This document shows positions 13,924 to 26,605 of a stretch of 64,000 nt of DNA, in pieces. Position 1 is the first letter of the stretch. Each line of letters starts with the position of its first letter. The DNA comes from Macrostomum lignano (taxonomy: Eukaryota), in assembly GCA_002269645.1 (NCBI GenBank), contig NIVC01000616.1, positions 1 to 64,000 of the forward strand. The letters run 5' to 3'. The translations under genes and the position numbers were made by a program. The notes under the pieces were generated by a model that worked only from the letters and a program-made list of their open reading frames with translations, was not told the DNA's origin and ran no database searches.

Positions 13924-15332
13924 CTACTCGTCCATGAAATAATGTGATGGCCCAGGCTTCTCGGACACATTGGGAGCCTTAGGGGTTGACATAGCGGGGA
14001 TCTGCTGACTTCTGTTGATATGATCTCGGGAAAATGTCACCTGTGAAATGAAATTTATATATGAATTTAATCAATTTTTTATATTCATATTACTCTTGAA
14101 TGAATGAATAAACCTAATCTTTAGAGATAAGAGGCCTCATTGAACAAGTTAATAATGAATCTAAGCAGTCAATCACTTATTGCTTCTTTAGTACGTTCTC
14201 TGACACCATATTTCTATTTAACCCACACGTAATACTCGTAAAATCAACTTACCTCTTTGTCCCCAAATCGCACTTTAATTCTTCGCACCTCATCGAATTG
14301 GTCGAACATTCGCTCTGGGTACTGTAATACCATTTCGTCGTCACGGTTAGCATATTTCTCCCGCTGGGAGCTTTGCGTCACCCGTAGCTCCTCGAAGCAC
14401 TGTTGGCTAGAAAGCGCATCCTTGTACCACTGGGTAATGTCGGAGACATCAGCAGAGTCTTCTGGCCAATGCTGAATTTCCGCTTTCGAACATCCGAGAC
14501 TGATTGTCTGGGAATATTCCTGGACTTGAGCACCATGAATCGCTAGAACGTCGCCCACAGACCAGTCATTCACTTGGGCAGTAGAGCTGGCCCAAAATGT
14601 GCACGACACGGAGGACCCAGACTGATCAACAAGCGTCACTTTCGCCAGGTTGATAAGTTTTCCGGAACCGGTTTTAACTTCCGTTGGTTTCTGGACAGCA
14701 GAAATCGTGCCATAGACGTTAACATTCCTGAGATATGTGAGGCAAAGGGTGAACTTACAAGAATGCATTAACTCATTCACTAAGCAACTTCACTGACTGA
14801 TTTAAATAAGTTTCCCTAGAAATAATTGGCTAACCTAACATTTAGTGGGAATATATATTCCAAATCCTTTCCATTTTATTTTTAACAATTGCAACAAGTT
14901 AACTTACATTTTCATTTCACAGTCCGAAATCTCTTTTATCTTCTTATAGCTTGGTGCACGTCGAGTGACGGTCTCGAGGGTCCTCACAATGGTTCCACGT
15001 TGGTCAATTGAAACTGTTAGCTCGTGCTCATTGTCCGTAGTGCTGTATTTGGGATCCGCCTTCTTCACCCAGCCGCCGGATATGCGGACGGCGACGCCCT
15101 CACGACACACCTCCAGGAAAGGCTTAAGATCCTTTCCGAACACGCTTACACGTATATCGCCGGTGTCGTCACAGAGGATAAAGGAAAACACTTGGCCTGG
15201 TCCTCTTTTGCCTTCAAAGTCCGTGATTTTGGACAGCCTCATTACGAGGCCAACGATTGCAGCGTGCATCAGGCCCGGAAGCAGAGCAGAGATACACGCT
15301 TTGCTTTTCTTGGCTCCTTCGGTTGACTCCAT
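13924..15332 (-). CDS. RPA70-like ssDNA-binding protein (two OB folds), intact 3-exon gene: 15332-14908, 14727-14253, 14040-13924; 338 aa
   Basis: GQVFSFILCDDTGDIRVSVF...VRISGGWVK and VNVYGTISAV...VTLVDQSGSSVSCTFW OB-fold motifs; GT-AG sites with consistent phases (2,0); located inside Helitron 2. Confidence 0.8.
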
Positions 15333-16317
15333 ATTGCTCGATTGATAGTTGCCAAAAATATGGATTATAAAAATTTCACTGATAAGGTCTTTACGGTTTG
15401 TGGTTTGATAGTTTTAGCATCAAGGCCAATTGTGCCAGTTTATATTGCAGCATTTCGTTTCGGACAACCCTAACTGTGATGACTCATGCCAATAGAGGGT
15501 GCCATGTAAAGATCAATTTAGATCTGGCTAACCAATCAGAGAGAGTTTTGTTCTAATCCACCCACTGGGCTACTTGTTGTGGATTGGCTGGTGATTGCCT
15601 TAGCTTTTACGTTCTTTCTTTATGTACACTGTGTGGGGTGTCAGAGTCGAGTGTGGTGCGACTTGTTATGCAATCTGTTTTCGACACACTTCAATAATAG
15701 GACACAAAAAATATCTTAAATGTACACTGTAATTGGGAAGCCAGTGCGGCGTGTGGCTAACGTGGCTAAAAATAGAGGGTTTCAAGTCAGCCAATAGCAG
15801 TAAACTTTGTATTCAACTAAAGTGATTTCATTAAACTGCCAGTGCAAGCCCCAACCTAGTGCGACTTTTCAGTAATCACAAACAGCTAAAGCCTCATGAC
15901 GCTCACCAATGAAGCCTCACACGATTTTAACTGGGGTTGGGGTGGCCCTAAGCTGGTATTCATTTTTGCCTAAGCTGAAACGGGCTTTAAAAAAATGAAA
16001 TGAGTTTCATTTCCTTAGCAAGGTTTTCAAACCAATCTCGCTAATCCTTGCTTGACATGAGTGAGCGTATATAAACCAGAGTGAGCGTACGACACGCTCG
16101 TATAATTTCCACTGTATAGTTCCACTGTTTAACTCCACTGTTCCACAAATGAAGTTTACCCAGAACTTCTTTTCCGGCGGCGGCAGGCGGCGAGGAGGCC
16201 GCGGTGGTGGACACCCTAGAAAACCTAGTAAGTCTCATTTCTAAGTCTCATTACTGTAATTAAGTCTTTCGAAACCACCTGTTGAGTAAAATTGCACTTT
16301 CCAAACTTAACAGTGGC

Positions 16318-16390
16318 CTGTTATCTCTGCGGTGGAGGTCACCCTGTGGCCCGGTGTCCGGACCTGGCCGACATGCGGCTGCAGCAGCAG

Positions 16391-16434
<44 letters not shown>

Positions 16435-16438
16435 GCAA

Positions 16439-16473
<35 letters not shown>

Positions 16474-16503
16474 GCCGCAGCAGCAGCAGCAGCGGAATAA
16501 TTA
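16318..16503 (+). other. Gene fragment: CCHC knuckle (CYLCGGGHPVARC) followed by a (CAG/CAA)n polyQ tract
   Basis: Possible acceptor ttaacag, C-x2-C-x3-H-x4-C, then ~38 CAG/CAA codons. Confidence 0.45.
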
Positions 16504-17426
16504 AATTCAATTTGTTTGTGGAATTAACTTGATATGATTTCTTGATTTTTTTATTTATGTGTTTGAGAATTTAAAGAATTCTAAATAAATAAAATAAATA
16601 ATTCTGTTTACTGAATAAATAAGTGTTTCGTGTTGCTTTTTCTTACTCCTAAATGAAAATAAGAAACTTAACTGACACAGCTCATTGCTATGATCAATTT
16701 AGAACCTAAAATGAAGTTTTGGAGCTTAATTGAAAGTTTTTAACTAAACAAACATCCATATGAAAGTATGCAAAATAACATATTATAAATAAGGGAATTC
16801 AATGACAACTGATGAGTTAATTAATTGCTTTGTGAATACTTACTTACAAAGACAGTAGAGATGATGAATTCGCAGATTGCTCCGCCAACAAGACAGTATC
16901 ATTGCACAGTTCATTGCATTTGACTGCAAGAATAATGGTGTCAATCCTACTGCTTGTTGGCTTGCTTTACTCTGCACTGCTGGTCAGAGGCGTTCACTGG
17001 GGCAAGTTAAGTTCACGCACTCAACGTCACACAAAAAGCTTAGCTATCACAAGTCTCTAGGTTTGCTGAAGCTGCTTCAAACCTCTCTCTCATGGCTGCA
17101 TACCCTCAGTTTTAGAGTGGAAGAACCTCTGAATCGTGAAAAAGCAGCGAACACGTTATTTCAACCACAATCTCAACGCCCATTGATATGCAGCCAACCT
17201 GCTATATATTCACCTAATATTTACCTACATTAATTTCACTATTACTTATTAACTTTCATGGCACAACTAAATTGGGATCCGATTGTATCCGATCCTATTC
17301 TGGTTTGCCTTGATCCCAATTTAGTATGCAAGGATCCCAACTTAGTTATGCCAAATGATCCCAATTACGCTAAGCAATGATCTTAGTTCTGTTATGCAAT
17401 GAACCCAATTAGGCTAAGCAATGATC

Positions 17427-18398
17427 TAGGATTGATATATAAGATTCTGTGAATTTAGGATTGGGATCTAAGAGATTCTATGAATTTAGGATTGGGATCT
17501 AAGAGATTCTATGAATTTAGGATTGGGATTTAAGAGATTCTATGAATTTAGGATTGGGATCTAAGAGATTCTATGAATTTAGCATTGGGATCTAAGAGAT
17601 TCTGTGAATTTAGGATTGTGATCTAAGAGATCCCATGAATTTAGGATTGGGATCTAAGAGATTCTATGAATTTAGGATTGGGATCTAAGAGATCCCATGA
17701 ATTTAGGATTGGGATCTAAGAGACTCTGTGAATTTAGGATTGGGATCTAAGAGATTCTATGAATTTAGGATTGGGATCTAATAGATTCAATGAGATTAGG
17801 ATTGGGATCTAAGAGATTCAATGAATTTAGGATTGGGATATAAGAGATTCTGTGAATTTAGGATTGGGATCTAAGAGATTCTGTGAATTTAGGATTGGGA
17901 TCTAAGAGATTCTGTGAATTTAGGATTGGGATCTAAGAGATTCAATGAATTTAGGATTGGGATCTAAGAGATTCTATGAGATTAGGATTGGGATCTAAGA
18001 GATTCTATGAGATTAGGATTGGGATCTAAGAGATTCTATGAATTTAGGATTGGGATATAAGAGATTCTATGAATTTAGGATTGGGATCTAAGAGATTCTG
18101 TGAATTTAGGATTGGGATCTAAGAGATTCTATGAATTTAGGATTGGGATCAAAGAGATTCTGTGAATTTAGGATTGGGATCTAAGAGATTCTATGAATTT
18201 AGGATTGGGATATAAGAGATTCTATGAATTTAGGATTGGGATCTAAGAGATTCTGTGAATTTAGGATTGGGATTCAAGAGATTCTATGAATTTAGGATTG
18301 GAATCTAAGAGATTCTGTGAATTTAGCATTGGGATCTAAGAGATTCTATGAATTTAGCATTGGGATCTAAGAGATTCTATGAATTTAGGATTGGGATC
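17427..18398. repeat. 31-bp satellite, ~31 copies
   Basis: Same gaatttaggattgggatctaagagattctat unit as at 13133-13530. Confidence 0.97.
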
Positions 18399-18659
18399 TG
18401 TTATGCTCAGTTCTGTTATGCAATGAACCCAATTTAGCTAATCATTTTGCCTAGGTAATCCCTGATCTCAATTCCATTATGATCCCATCTAATTTGAATT
18501 TATTAGGTGAATAAAGCAGGATTTGCCTGATATGTCTCAGCGGGCCATTTACATATCAGGATAAACTACTTGTGATCACTATTAAACACAGATACCAATG
18601 CGACACTCACAGACAAAATGACACAAGTAATACTCACTTCAATGACGCCTGGAAATCGC

Positions 18660-21600
18660 CTAATCTCCAGTGAGCACTTCTGGATACACCACGTTTCTGG
18701 TCTTGGTGCCACAGATCCGGACGCGAACATTCGCGGCGTTCTTCGCCCGTGACAGCGCCGTGTACAGCTGACCATGAGTGAAGCAACCGACAGCCAGGTC
18801 AACTCCAACGGTCTCCAGGGATTGTCCTTGTGCTTTGTGTATTGTAAGGCAGAAGCTCGGCTTCACCGGAAACTGCAGCCGCTTGAAACTCACTGGTAGA
18901 TCCGCATTGTTTGGAATCAGCGGAATTCGCGGCAGCAGGATCTCGTCTCCAGTGAACTGACCGGCGGCAATCTTGCAGCGCAGCACATTATCGCCCATCG
19001 TGAGAACGATGAGCCGTGTACCGTTGCACAGCCGCGGCGGGTTGATATTCCGAAGAAGCACCAGCGGCATGCCCACCTTGATCCTGAGCAGATAAGTTGG
19101 AAAATTCGGGGCATCCAGCTGGTTTAGCAACTCCGTCGGGAAATGCGTAGCGGCCTCCTCATCAGCCAGGCTGTCTACAGAGCGATACTCTCGCAGGCAA
19201 CCCGGGAAAATGCCCAGACACGTCTCGTTGATGGCATCAACAGAGTCGTTGTACGGCGCCAGTATCGCTCGACTTGCAAAATAGTCGTCCCGCTCCGCTG
19301 ATTCTTCAAACGACGGGTACACGAACTTGATCAGGTCATTCAGCGGAGCCTCTGCAGAAATCACCATCTCAGCGGGAAGGGACACCTTCTCCTCAGCATC
19401 CTGCTCGATTGTCCCGGTTCCGATCTGTGAAAAGAAAAGCAATAAAAACATGAAACATAATATTCGCAATGATTCGCGAGAAAAAATGATTTTTACACCC
19501 CATTCTCACCTGCATGAGTAGCTCCGTGAACTTCTGGTACATCGCTGGCTCGGAGCTGCACAGCAGACGAATGTTTCTCGTCAAGCGATGTCGCTTGAAA
19601 AGTTTCCACAGCGAAGATCTGCAGACACACGCCATGACGCTGTTGGCGCGGGTTCCATTCACTACGACAGGCAGGAGCTGGCGGAAGTCACCGGAACACA
19701 CCAGAGTGACTCCTCCAAATGGCTTGTCCTGCTTCCGAACGTCTCGCAGACACCTGTCCACGGATTCCAGATCCTTTCGATTGGTCATGGAGATCTCGTC
19801 CCAGACAATCAGCCGAACTCTACGAAACACTTCCGCTTGCTTGGACTGCGCGCCAACAGCGCAGACATCCTTGTTGGATCGGAGCAGCCGGACTGGGATC
19901 TTGAACCTAGAGTGAAGTTGTCATAGGTAGAATCGATTAGAAACGCGACTCTAAAATTCAGAAGCATTCCCCTAATCTAAAAAACTTACGTGGAATGCGC
20001 AGTCTGTCCGCCTGGCAGCAGAGTCGCTGCGATTCCAGACGCCGCAACTGCCAGGGCGAGTTCACCGCGGCTGCGCACAAAGGCCAGCAAAACCTCCAGC
20101 AGGAAGGTCTTGCCAGTGCCAGCGGGCGCGTCCAGGAAGTGCAAACCGCCCGAGCCGGCCACAAGATCCGCAGTCACCGACTCGTACACCGCAATCTGCT
20201 CCTCCGTCAGCATTGACAGTCTCGCTTCCCGGATCTCGGCCTGTTCAACCGGGTCGAACTGCATCGGTCCGACTTGAGGCGGCACGGAGGCCGCAGGCAA
20301 GCCGTACTCGGGCAGGCTGTGACCGCCCATGGAGGTCAGCATGCTCTGCAGCTCGCGCAGCGCCAGGTCGGTGATTTCCTCAGCGCTCAGATCTCGGTGG
20401 TGAAACCGCAGGTCCTCGCACAGATCCTCGGCGAATGTGCACCACAGATCGCTGCCATCCTCAGGGTTGCCCCAAATCAGAATGACAGCCAGCAGGTGCC
20501 TGAGAGCTCTCGGCATTCGCGACTGGACTGCCTCGGCTAGGCAGCGCCGCCAGTGGTCGTCTCGTTGCAGCAGACCCAGGGCCGTGCAAGCAGCCTTGGC
20601 GCTGGGACACAGCACTCCGTCCACAGTGTGCAGCGCCTCGAAGCTGGTTGGCCCTCTAACCTGCAGGAGGAGCATTCGCATATAAAACAGATCCCCTGCT
20701 CTCGGACTCACCGTGTACATTCGGGCAATGTTCGTGTTGTGCACAACACCAGGGTGGCCCTCAACTCTCGAACCCTTCTTGGCGCGGCGCCACTCCCTCT
20801 CGCTGTGGTGCCACACGAAGTAGGACGGCACCTCGGTGTACACCAGGCCTCTAGCGAATTCATCAGTGCGGCACAGCTTGAAGAAAGCCGTCAGCGTCGA
20901 ATCTCTGGGCGCCCTGGCCTTTGTGCTCGCATTTTGCTCGTTGAAATACACGAGCTGCTCGTTAGACTTGTGCACGCACAATCGGATCACAGCCGGAAAT
21001 CTGTTGTGCACCTGTTGTGTTTTAGTTTAAAAACCATATCATTATTTTCCCATTCTTTGCTCCTAGCACTGCCTTGCAAACATCTATGACTTACTTCAAA
21101 GCCCAAGATGGTATTCACGGCTTCCATTGGGCCTATGTAGCGCGCCAGCAGATACTCCTTGATCTCATTTCGCCCCTCCTTCTTGGCTTGAGTCGGAGCC
21201 TTGCTAGCTGAACCTTCCTGTCGTTCGCCATCCGCAGCCTGCTCTCCTGGCCCGCTCGGCTTCTTGTTTGCCTCGAACTTGAACGACGCCATGTCGCCGC
21301 CTTTTAGCAAGTACTTGATCACGTACTTGACCGACTTGACGGTGGCACAAACTTCAAAGTTCATGTGGCATTCGAAAAGGAGCAGCAGGCCCGGGTTGTA
21401 TGGTACAACCGACCTGTATTTGTGCCAGGAAAAGAATTGCTAATTAATGATTTATGTATTCTAGCAATGGTAAATTAAACTTACAGTAAATAAACAATTT
21501 AGCAATATAAATAAACTAAACACAAGGCTAAACTAAGTACTTTGCTTTCGTATTAAAGAATCAACCTTTCAATCAAGTCTGAAAAAACACCAACACCTCC

Positions 21601-24600
21601 TCACTCACCTGTTGTCCATGCGAATGCTCCGGCCTTTGAACAGTTTGTCCACTGTAAATCCGCCCATCTCAGGCGACAGCCTGCGATACAATGGGTAGCC
21701 AGTATCGCTGGTTAGGGTCGCCTGCTGGAACTCCTTCGGGAAGCCCTTGCTGCACTGGCCGTCCACCATGCACGGGCAGGCTGGATTTACCACGCCGCAG
21801 GGGCCATGGATCATGTGAGTCTTCACCAGCTCGTGCAGCCTCGGCTGCTGCTGTGGGTCCGGGATCTCAGCGGACACGATTTTGTCGTAGCGGTCCGGAG
21901 TCACTCTCTGTCCACTGACCAGCCAGAGCAGAAAGTGCACATGGGGGAGACCTGTGGAAGACATAAACAAGTGATTCAAAGCGACGTATGAGTGATCACA
22001 ATTTAGTCATGTAAATTAATTAAAATTCTAAACCAGCGTTTGCATCGTAGAGAAAGCGAAGTTTGAATCATGGAGAAACTGGAGTTTGAATCATGGCTAA
22101 ACCAGAGCTTAATTCCGGTTTGCAATGACCCCTTGCATAAAAATATGGATTGCTAAACCTGGAATGCAATTACAGAATGAAAATTGAAAGCGCAATTTGC
22201 TAACTTACCGCGCTTCTGATATTCCAGAGAGCAAACATGCGCGGCCTCCTTTCCAAAGCGCTTCCTCAGCTCGGCAAGCAGAGCCTTCTTCTTCAGCTCG
22301 AAAACACGCGTGACAATATCCGGCCGGTCCTCAGGTCGCTGTCCAGGCAGCAGCTGTGCACTGATTTCCGGCCACTTAGGGTTGCACGTCGCCGTGACAA
22401 ACAGGTCCGGCTTGCCAAACTTTTGTACATAGGTCATGGCGTCTTGCAGCCTCTCCATCAGGTACCTTGGCCCGCCAACGAAGCTGGAGGACAGGAACAC
22501 GTGCGCAGGCTTGCCAATATCAGTCGGATTTGTGTCGGTCGACCTGCCATCAGCAGCGAATAGAGCGTCTCGCAGACCGCTGTACGTCTCACTGCGCAGA
22601 TCGCTCTGATGGGTCCGCAGATAGAGCAGCCTCTCTGACTCAATCTTGGCGCACATGTCCACCAGGTACTGCTGGAACAGCCGCCGTCCGTGGTGCAGCA
22701 GGCTGCTATGGCCCGCTCGCACCATGATTTCGCTGGCATAGTACTTCATCGGCGTCAGCTTGCGGCCATTGCTCATGCGCAGCTCCGGGTGCCAGCCGTC
22801 CTCGCCATGGGGGAACAGCAACACGTACTCCAGTGCATCATACGATCGGTGCGTTTTGCTAATCCTCTTGTAGCCGCCACCCCGCAGTTGAATGACAACA
22901 TCTCGGCTAGTTGCTGGCTCATCACCGTCTTCAGGGGCCTCAGTGTCCTCAGTGTCCTTAACAATGAGGATGCCGACCTCGTTTGCCGTGGGCAAATTGT
23001 AGCGCCTGATTTTGAACGGTAGTAACAAATGCTTTTAACAAAACTCTTTACAACGGTAAACATTCCTGTGTACACAGGCACAAAGCTTTAAAAGACAGGT
23101 TTTAAAATGTGTTCGAATCCCTTTTCAGTTATTGTTAGCTCACCGAATGTGTTCCCTAGAAGGTCTTCGGTCCGGGTGAATCACGATTCGCGCATCCACA
23201 AGCTCCGGATCCTCCATGATCCGCTGTGCTGCAGCCTTCAGGCTCCGAACGTAAAGGTTGCACTCGTGAAGCAACGTCTGTAGCAGCTCATGTAGCTCTG
23301 GCTTCACCCTATCGCTCAGACTCTGCTGGCTTTCGAGTTCGCGGTCAGTGAAGTACACCTGCCAGCCGCGAGGAACAGCAGACGCTTCAGCAAACAGCGG
23401 CATAGCAGTGTGGTGCAGCTGACCGCTGATGATGTAGCTGGGATTCCAGCCTGGCACCAACCGCGGCTTGGCACTCAGCGAGGTCAGGTGCAGCACAGAG
23501 TTGTAGCTCCGGATGTTGGTCAGGAACTCTGAGCTCATGCCATGCCGGCCCATGTACAGGTCAGCCAGCAGCTGTGGCACAGTCCGGGTGGGCAGCTTCA
23601 CCTTGCCGCCAGCACAGCAGAAATTGCCTGTCTCCATGCGGAACAGCTTGGCACCGCAATGGTTGCATGCCCAGTCCATTGGCCCGCAGTCATGGGCTGG
23701 AGCTTCTGGCCTCGCCATCGTCTCAGGCCTGATAATAAAAATGGAATGTATCTCTTAGTAACTGTTAAATGTAAATGTAACTGTTCATTGTGTGTCAGTT
23801 TACCTTGCAGTAGCGGGTCCGTCTTCAGCGCGGCCCGCAGTCTCATGTTCCGCCGGCATCGCGCTGGGGCCCTTGGCCTTTTTGGCCCTCTTGGCAGGAG
23901 TTCTGCTTGCTGCCAGGCTTGGGAACTCAGCATCTGTAAAGGCTTGCAAAAGCTCTCGAAGTCTCAGTGACTCGTAATGTTCATGGCGCAAAAGCACACG
24001 CACAATGGCATTAGGAGGGCGCAAATTAGCCCTGAAATATTGCATCACACTACCATTGGCCTGGTAAATGACCAGATCCACATCAAAGCAGCGGCTCAAC
24101 AAAGAGGCAACTTCATCTGAAACATAAATTCCTGCTTGAAAAGAGGAATTCACGATCTCATCAGCACTCTCAGGTGCAATGAGGCCATCTGCAATCAGCT
24201 GTGGCATGAGTTCTGCAACACGGCAAGACAAGTCCTGCCGCAGGGAGGCTGCGTCAGTTTCCAGCGGGGTTCCACGCAGCTGATCACACACAGCATAAAA
24301 AAAGCAATTGCCATCACCAACAATGGGGATTACCTGCAACTGCTCAAAGGGTACTATAGTTTCTGTACCTTGCTGCTGGGTGTCCGACCTAAGGGGCAAT
24401 GGGTGAACGTAAGCACAGCAGCCTTAATTGGCTTTTTAAGACAATTCATTCCTCAAAAATCGTTATCCGCTTAATTTATACAGAATAAAATAGATACTAC
24501 AAATTATCCCCTTCAAGGCAATTCAGAAAAAAACAAAAATAAAGACTTGTTATAAAAAGTTACTATACAACTCACCTAGAAACCACAGCTCCACGGCAAC

Positions 24601-24985
24601 GAATCCGATCGGCTTCCAGTCGGGCAGCCCACTCTGCCTCAGTCTCAGCCTCTCTGCGCTGAGCGTCCCGCTGCCGCTGTTCTTCCAGTCGGGCAGCCCA
24701 CTCTGCCTCAGTCTCAGCATCTCTGCGCTGAGCATTCCGCTGCCGCTGTTCTTCCAGTCGGGCAGCTCGCTCTGCCTCAGTCTCAGCATGTCTGCGCTGA
24801 GCATCCCGCTGCCGCTGTTCTTCCAGTCGGGCATCCCGCTCTGCCTCAGTCTCAGCATGTCTGCGCTGAGCATCCCGCTGCCGCTGTTCTTCCAGTCGGG
24901 CATCCCGCTCTGCCTCGGATTCTGCCTGTCGCCGTCGCTTGGCATCGCGGCTCTTCTTTAAACTGCTGGCGCCGCGTCGAACCAT
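18660..24985 (-). CDS. Helitron RepHel protein with N-terminal STPR-like repeats and OTU protease; 9 exons: 24985-24576, 24388-23804, 23728-23144, 23005-22209, 21951-21609, 21413-21095, 21011-19990, 19906-19510, 19424-18660 (5223 nt, 1740 aa)
   Basis: All introns GT-AG and phase-consistent; 23-aa repeats AERDARLEEQRQRDAQRRHAETE; OTU VGDGNCFFYAV...RHEHYESL; CNHCGAK..CCAGGKVKLP; Rep motifs FVTATCNPKW, EYQKRGLPHVHFLL, KYVIKYLLKG; PIF1 motifs DAPAGTGKT, IVWDEISM, GDFRQLLPV, RLQFPVKPSFCLTIHKAQGQSL, GQLYTALSR; C-terminus TRNVVYPEVL. Confidence 0.93.
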
Positions 24986-25456
24986 GATTGAGAAATGAGA
25001 AGTGAAATGAAATTAGTTCAGAAAGAATGATATGGTTTGAAAGATGAAAGTTTGTGAATTTGGATGTCTGAAGAATCAGATAAGGTGCCCTTGAGCCAAA
25101 CTATTACAGGCTATTTATCATCCAGTGGGCTGAATTGGAGCTTATCTTAAGACGCAGGGTAGAAACTGAAAAATCGATAAAGAAGAAAGGGGTCTAAATC
25201 TAAAAAACCTATGATTTGGGGTGTGGGCTCTCCAGGCCCGTGTGTCCAAATTCCGGGGCAGAGGGCTCACAATGTACACTGGTCTGCGCCAGCCAGTGAA
25301 AAAAACTGTGAATGTAATCTATTTATGACTGTCTCGCCAGTGGGGTTGATACAGCTATGTACTTTTGACATAGTGAAATTCTTATCAGAGTTACCAGTAT
25401 CACTGATATCAGTGATATCATCAATATCAGTGATAATCAGTATCACTTTTAACAAA

Positions 25457-25940
25457 ACTGGTTTTGCAATGATTCAAACTCTGGTTTAGCCATGATTCAA
25501 ACTCTGGTTTAGCCATGAGTCAGACTCTCGTTTAGCCATGATTCAAACTCTGGTTTTGCCATGATTCAAACTTTGGTTTAGCCATGATTCAAACTCTGGT
25601 TTAGTCATGATTCAAACGATGGTTTAGCCATGACTTAAACTCTGGTTTAGCCATGATTCAAACAATGGTTTAGCCATGATTCAAACACTGGTTTTAGCCA
25701 TGATTCAGACTCTGGTTTAGCCATGATTCAGACTCTGGTTTAGCCATGATTCAGACTCTGGTTTAGCCATGATTCAGACTCTGGTTTAGCCATGATTCAA
25801 ACACTGGTTTTAGCCATGATTCAGACTCTGGTTTAGCCATGATTTAAACTCTGGTTTAGCCATGATTCAGACTCTGGTTTAGCCATGATTTAAACTCTGG
25901 TTTAGTCTGATTCAAGCTCTATTTTTGCAATGATTCAAAG
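25457..25940. repeat. 23-bp minisatellite (gccatgattcaaactctggttta)n, ~20 copies
   Basis: Direct tandem units; inverted copies at ~22060-22110. Confidence 0.95.
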
Positions 25941-26017
25941 TCAGATAATATTTTATTTACGAAGTGAATGAAAAAAATAAATTTAAATAATCTTCAATCA
26001 CTACTGGCTGAAATTTG

Positions 26018-26090
26018 ACGCAGTGCAGAATCGAACCCTAGCCGAGCCTATAACCAATTCCTAGTGCCTACACATCGGCTATTCCATCAT
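26018..26090 (-). ncRNA. Degenerate tRNA-derived (SINE-head-like) sequence in the Helitron 2 leader
   Basis: Minus strand ...atagccgatgtgtaggcactagg...gggttcgattct; A-box and B-box-like motifs; similar to 30504-30575. Confidence 0.45.
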
Positions 26091-26605
26091 CTACAGTAGC
26101 AGTCCAGTCTGTTCGCATCTTTCTTGGCTATCTCTTTTCAATCGGAGAACATGAATTGTGGCCCTTATAATTCAATTCTTACAGCAAGTCAATTGGAGTA
26201 AAAAATTATGACATAATCAATTTCTCAGTCAGCCAGAATCAGTCTCAATTTAAGTTGGCAATATGGTTACGCAATTTCATTCAAGTTTTGTGTGCATTTG
26301 TTCGGCACTGTTTTCAACTTGTTGTGATGCAATCTTTATCACAATCGGAATTCAGTCAGTCAGTTTTTTCTCTAGCATTCTTACAATGCATTTCAGGTCG
26401 AAAGAGCTGCTTGACCTTTGCAAAAAATCATGTTTTTCGAATATTTAATCCCTTTAACATTGAGCAATTTCTTAGCCAATATGCATGTACCGTCCCGGGA
26501 AAATTTCTGATCGAATGGTGCAAGTTTGAAGAAAATCGGTTGAGCCGTTCGGGAGAAAATCAATTACAAGCAAGCAACCAAGCATTTCATTTTTAGTATA
26601 TTAGA

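Larger units (their letters stand above)
10632..26605 (-). mobile_element. Helitron 2, apparently full length (~16.0 kb), potentially autonomous
   Basis: 5' A|TCTAATATACTAAAAATGAAATG at 26605; 3' hairpin (10645-10663) then 9 nt then CTAG|T at 10632-10635; contains intact RepHel and RPA-like genes. Confidence 0.85.

Noticed and set aside
11916-17233. ORFs 11916-12215 and 16877-17233
   Set aside because: Different frames of the same duplicated non-coding block; no recognisable motif
17427-18398. 31-bp array as a CRISPR
   Set aside because: Contiguous units with no unique spacers; eukaryotic context; no cas genes
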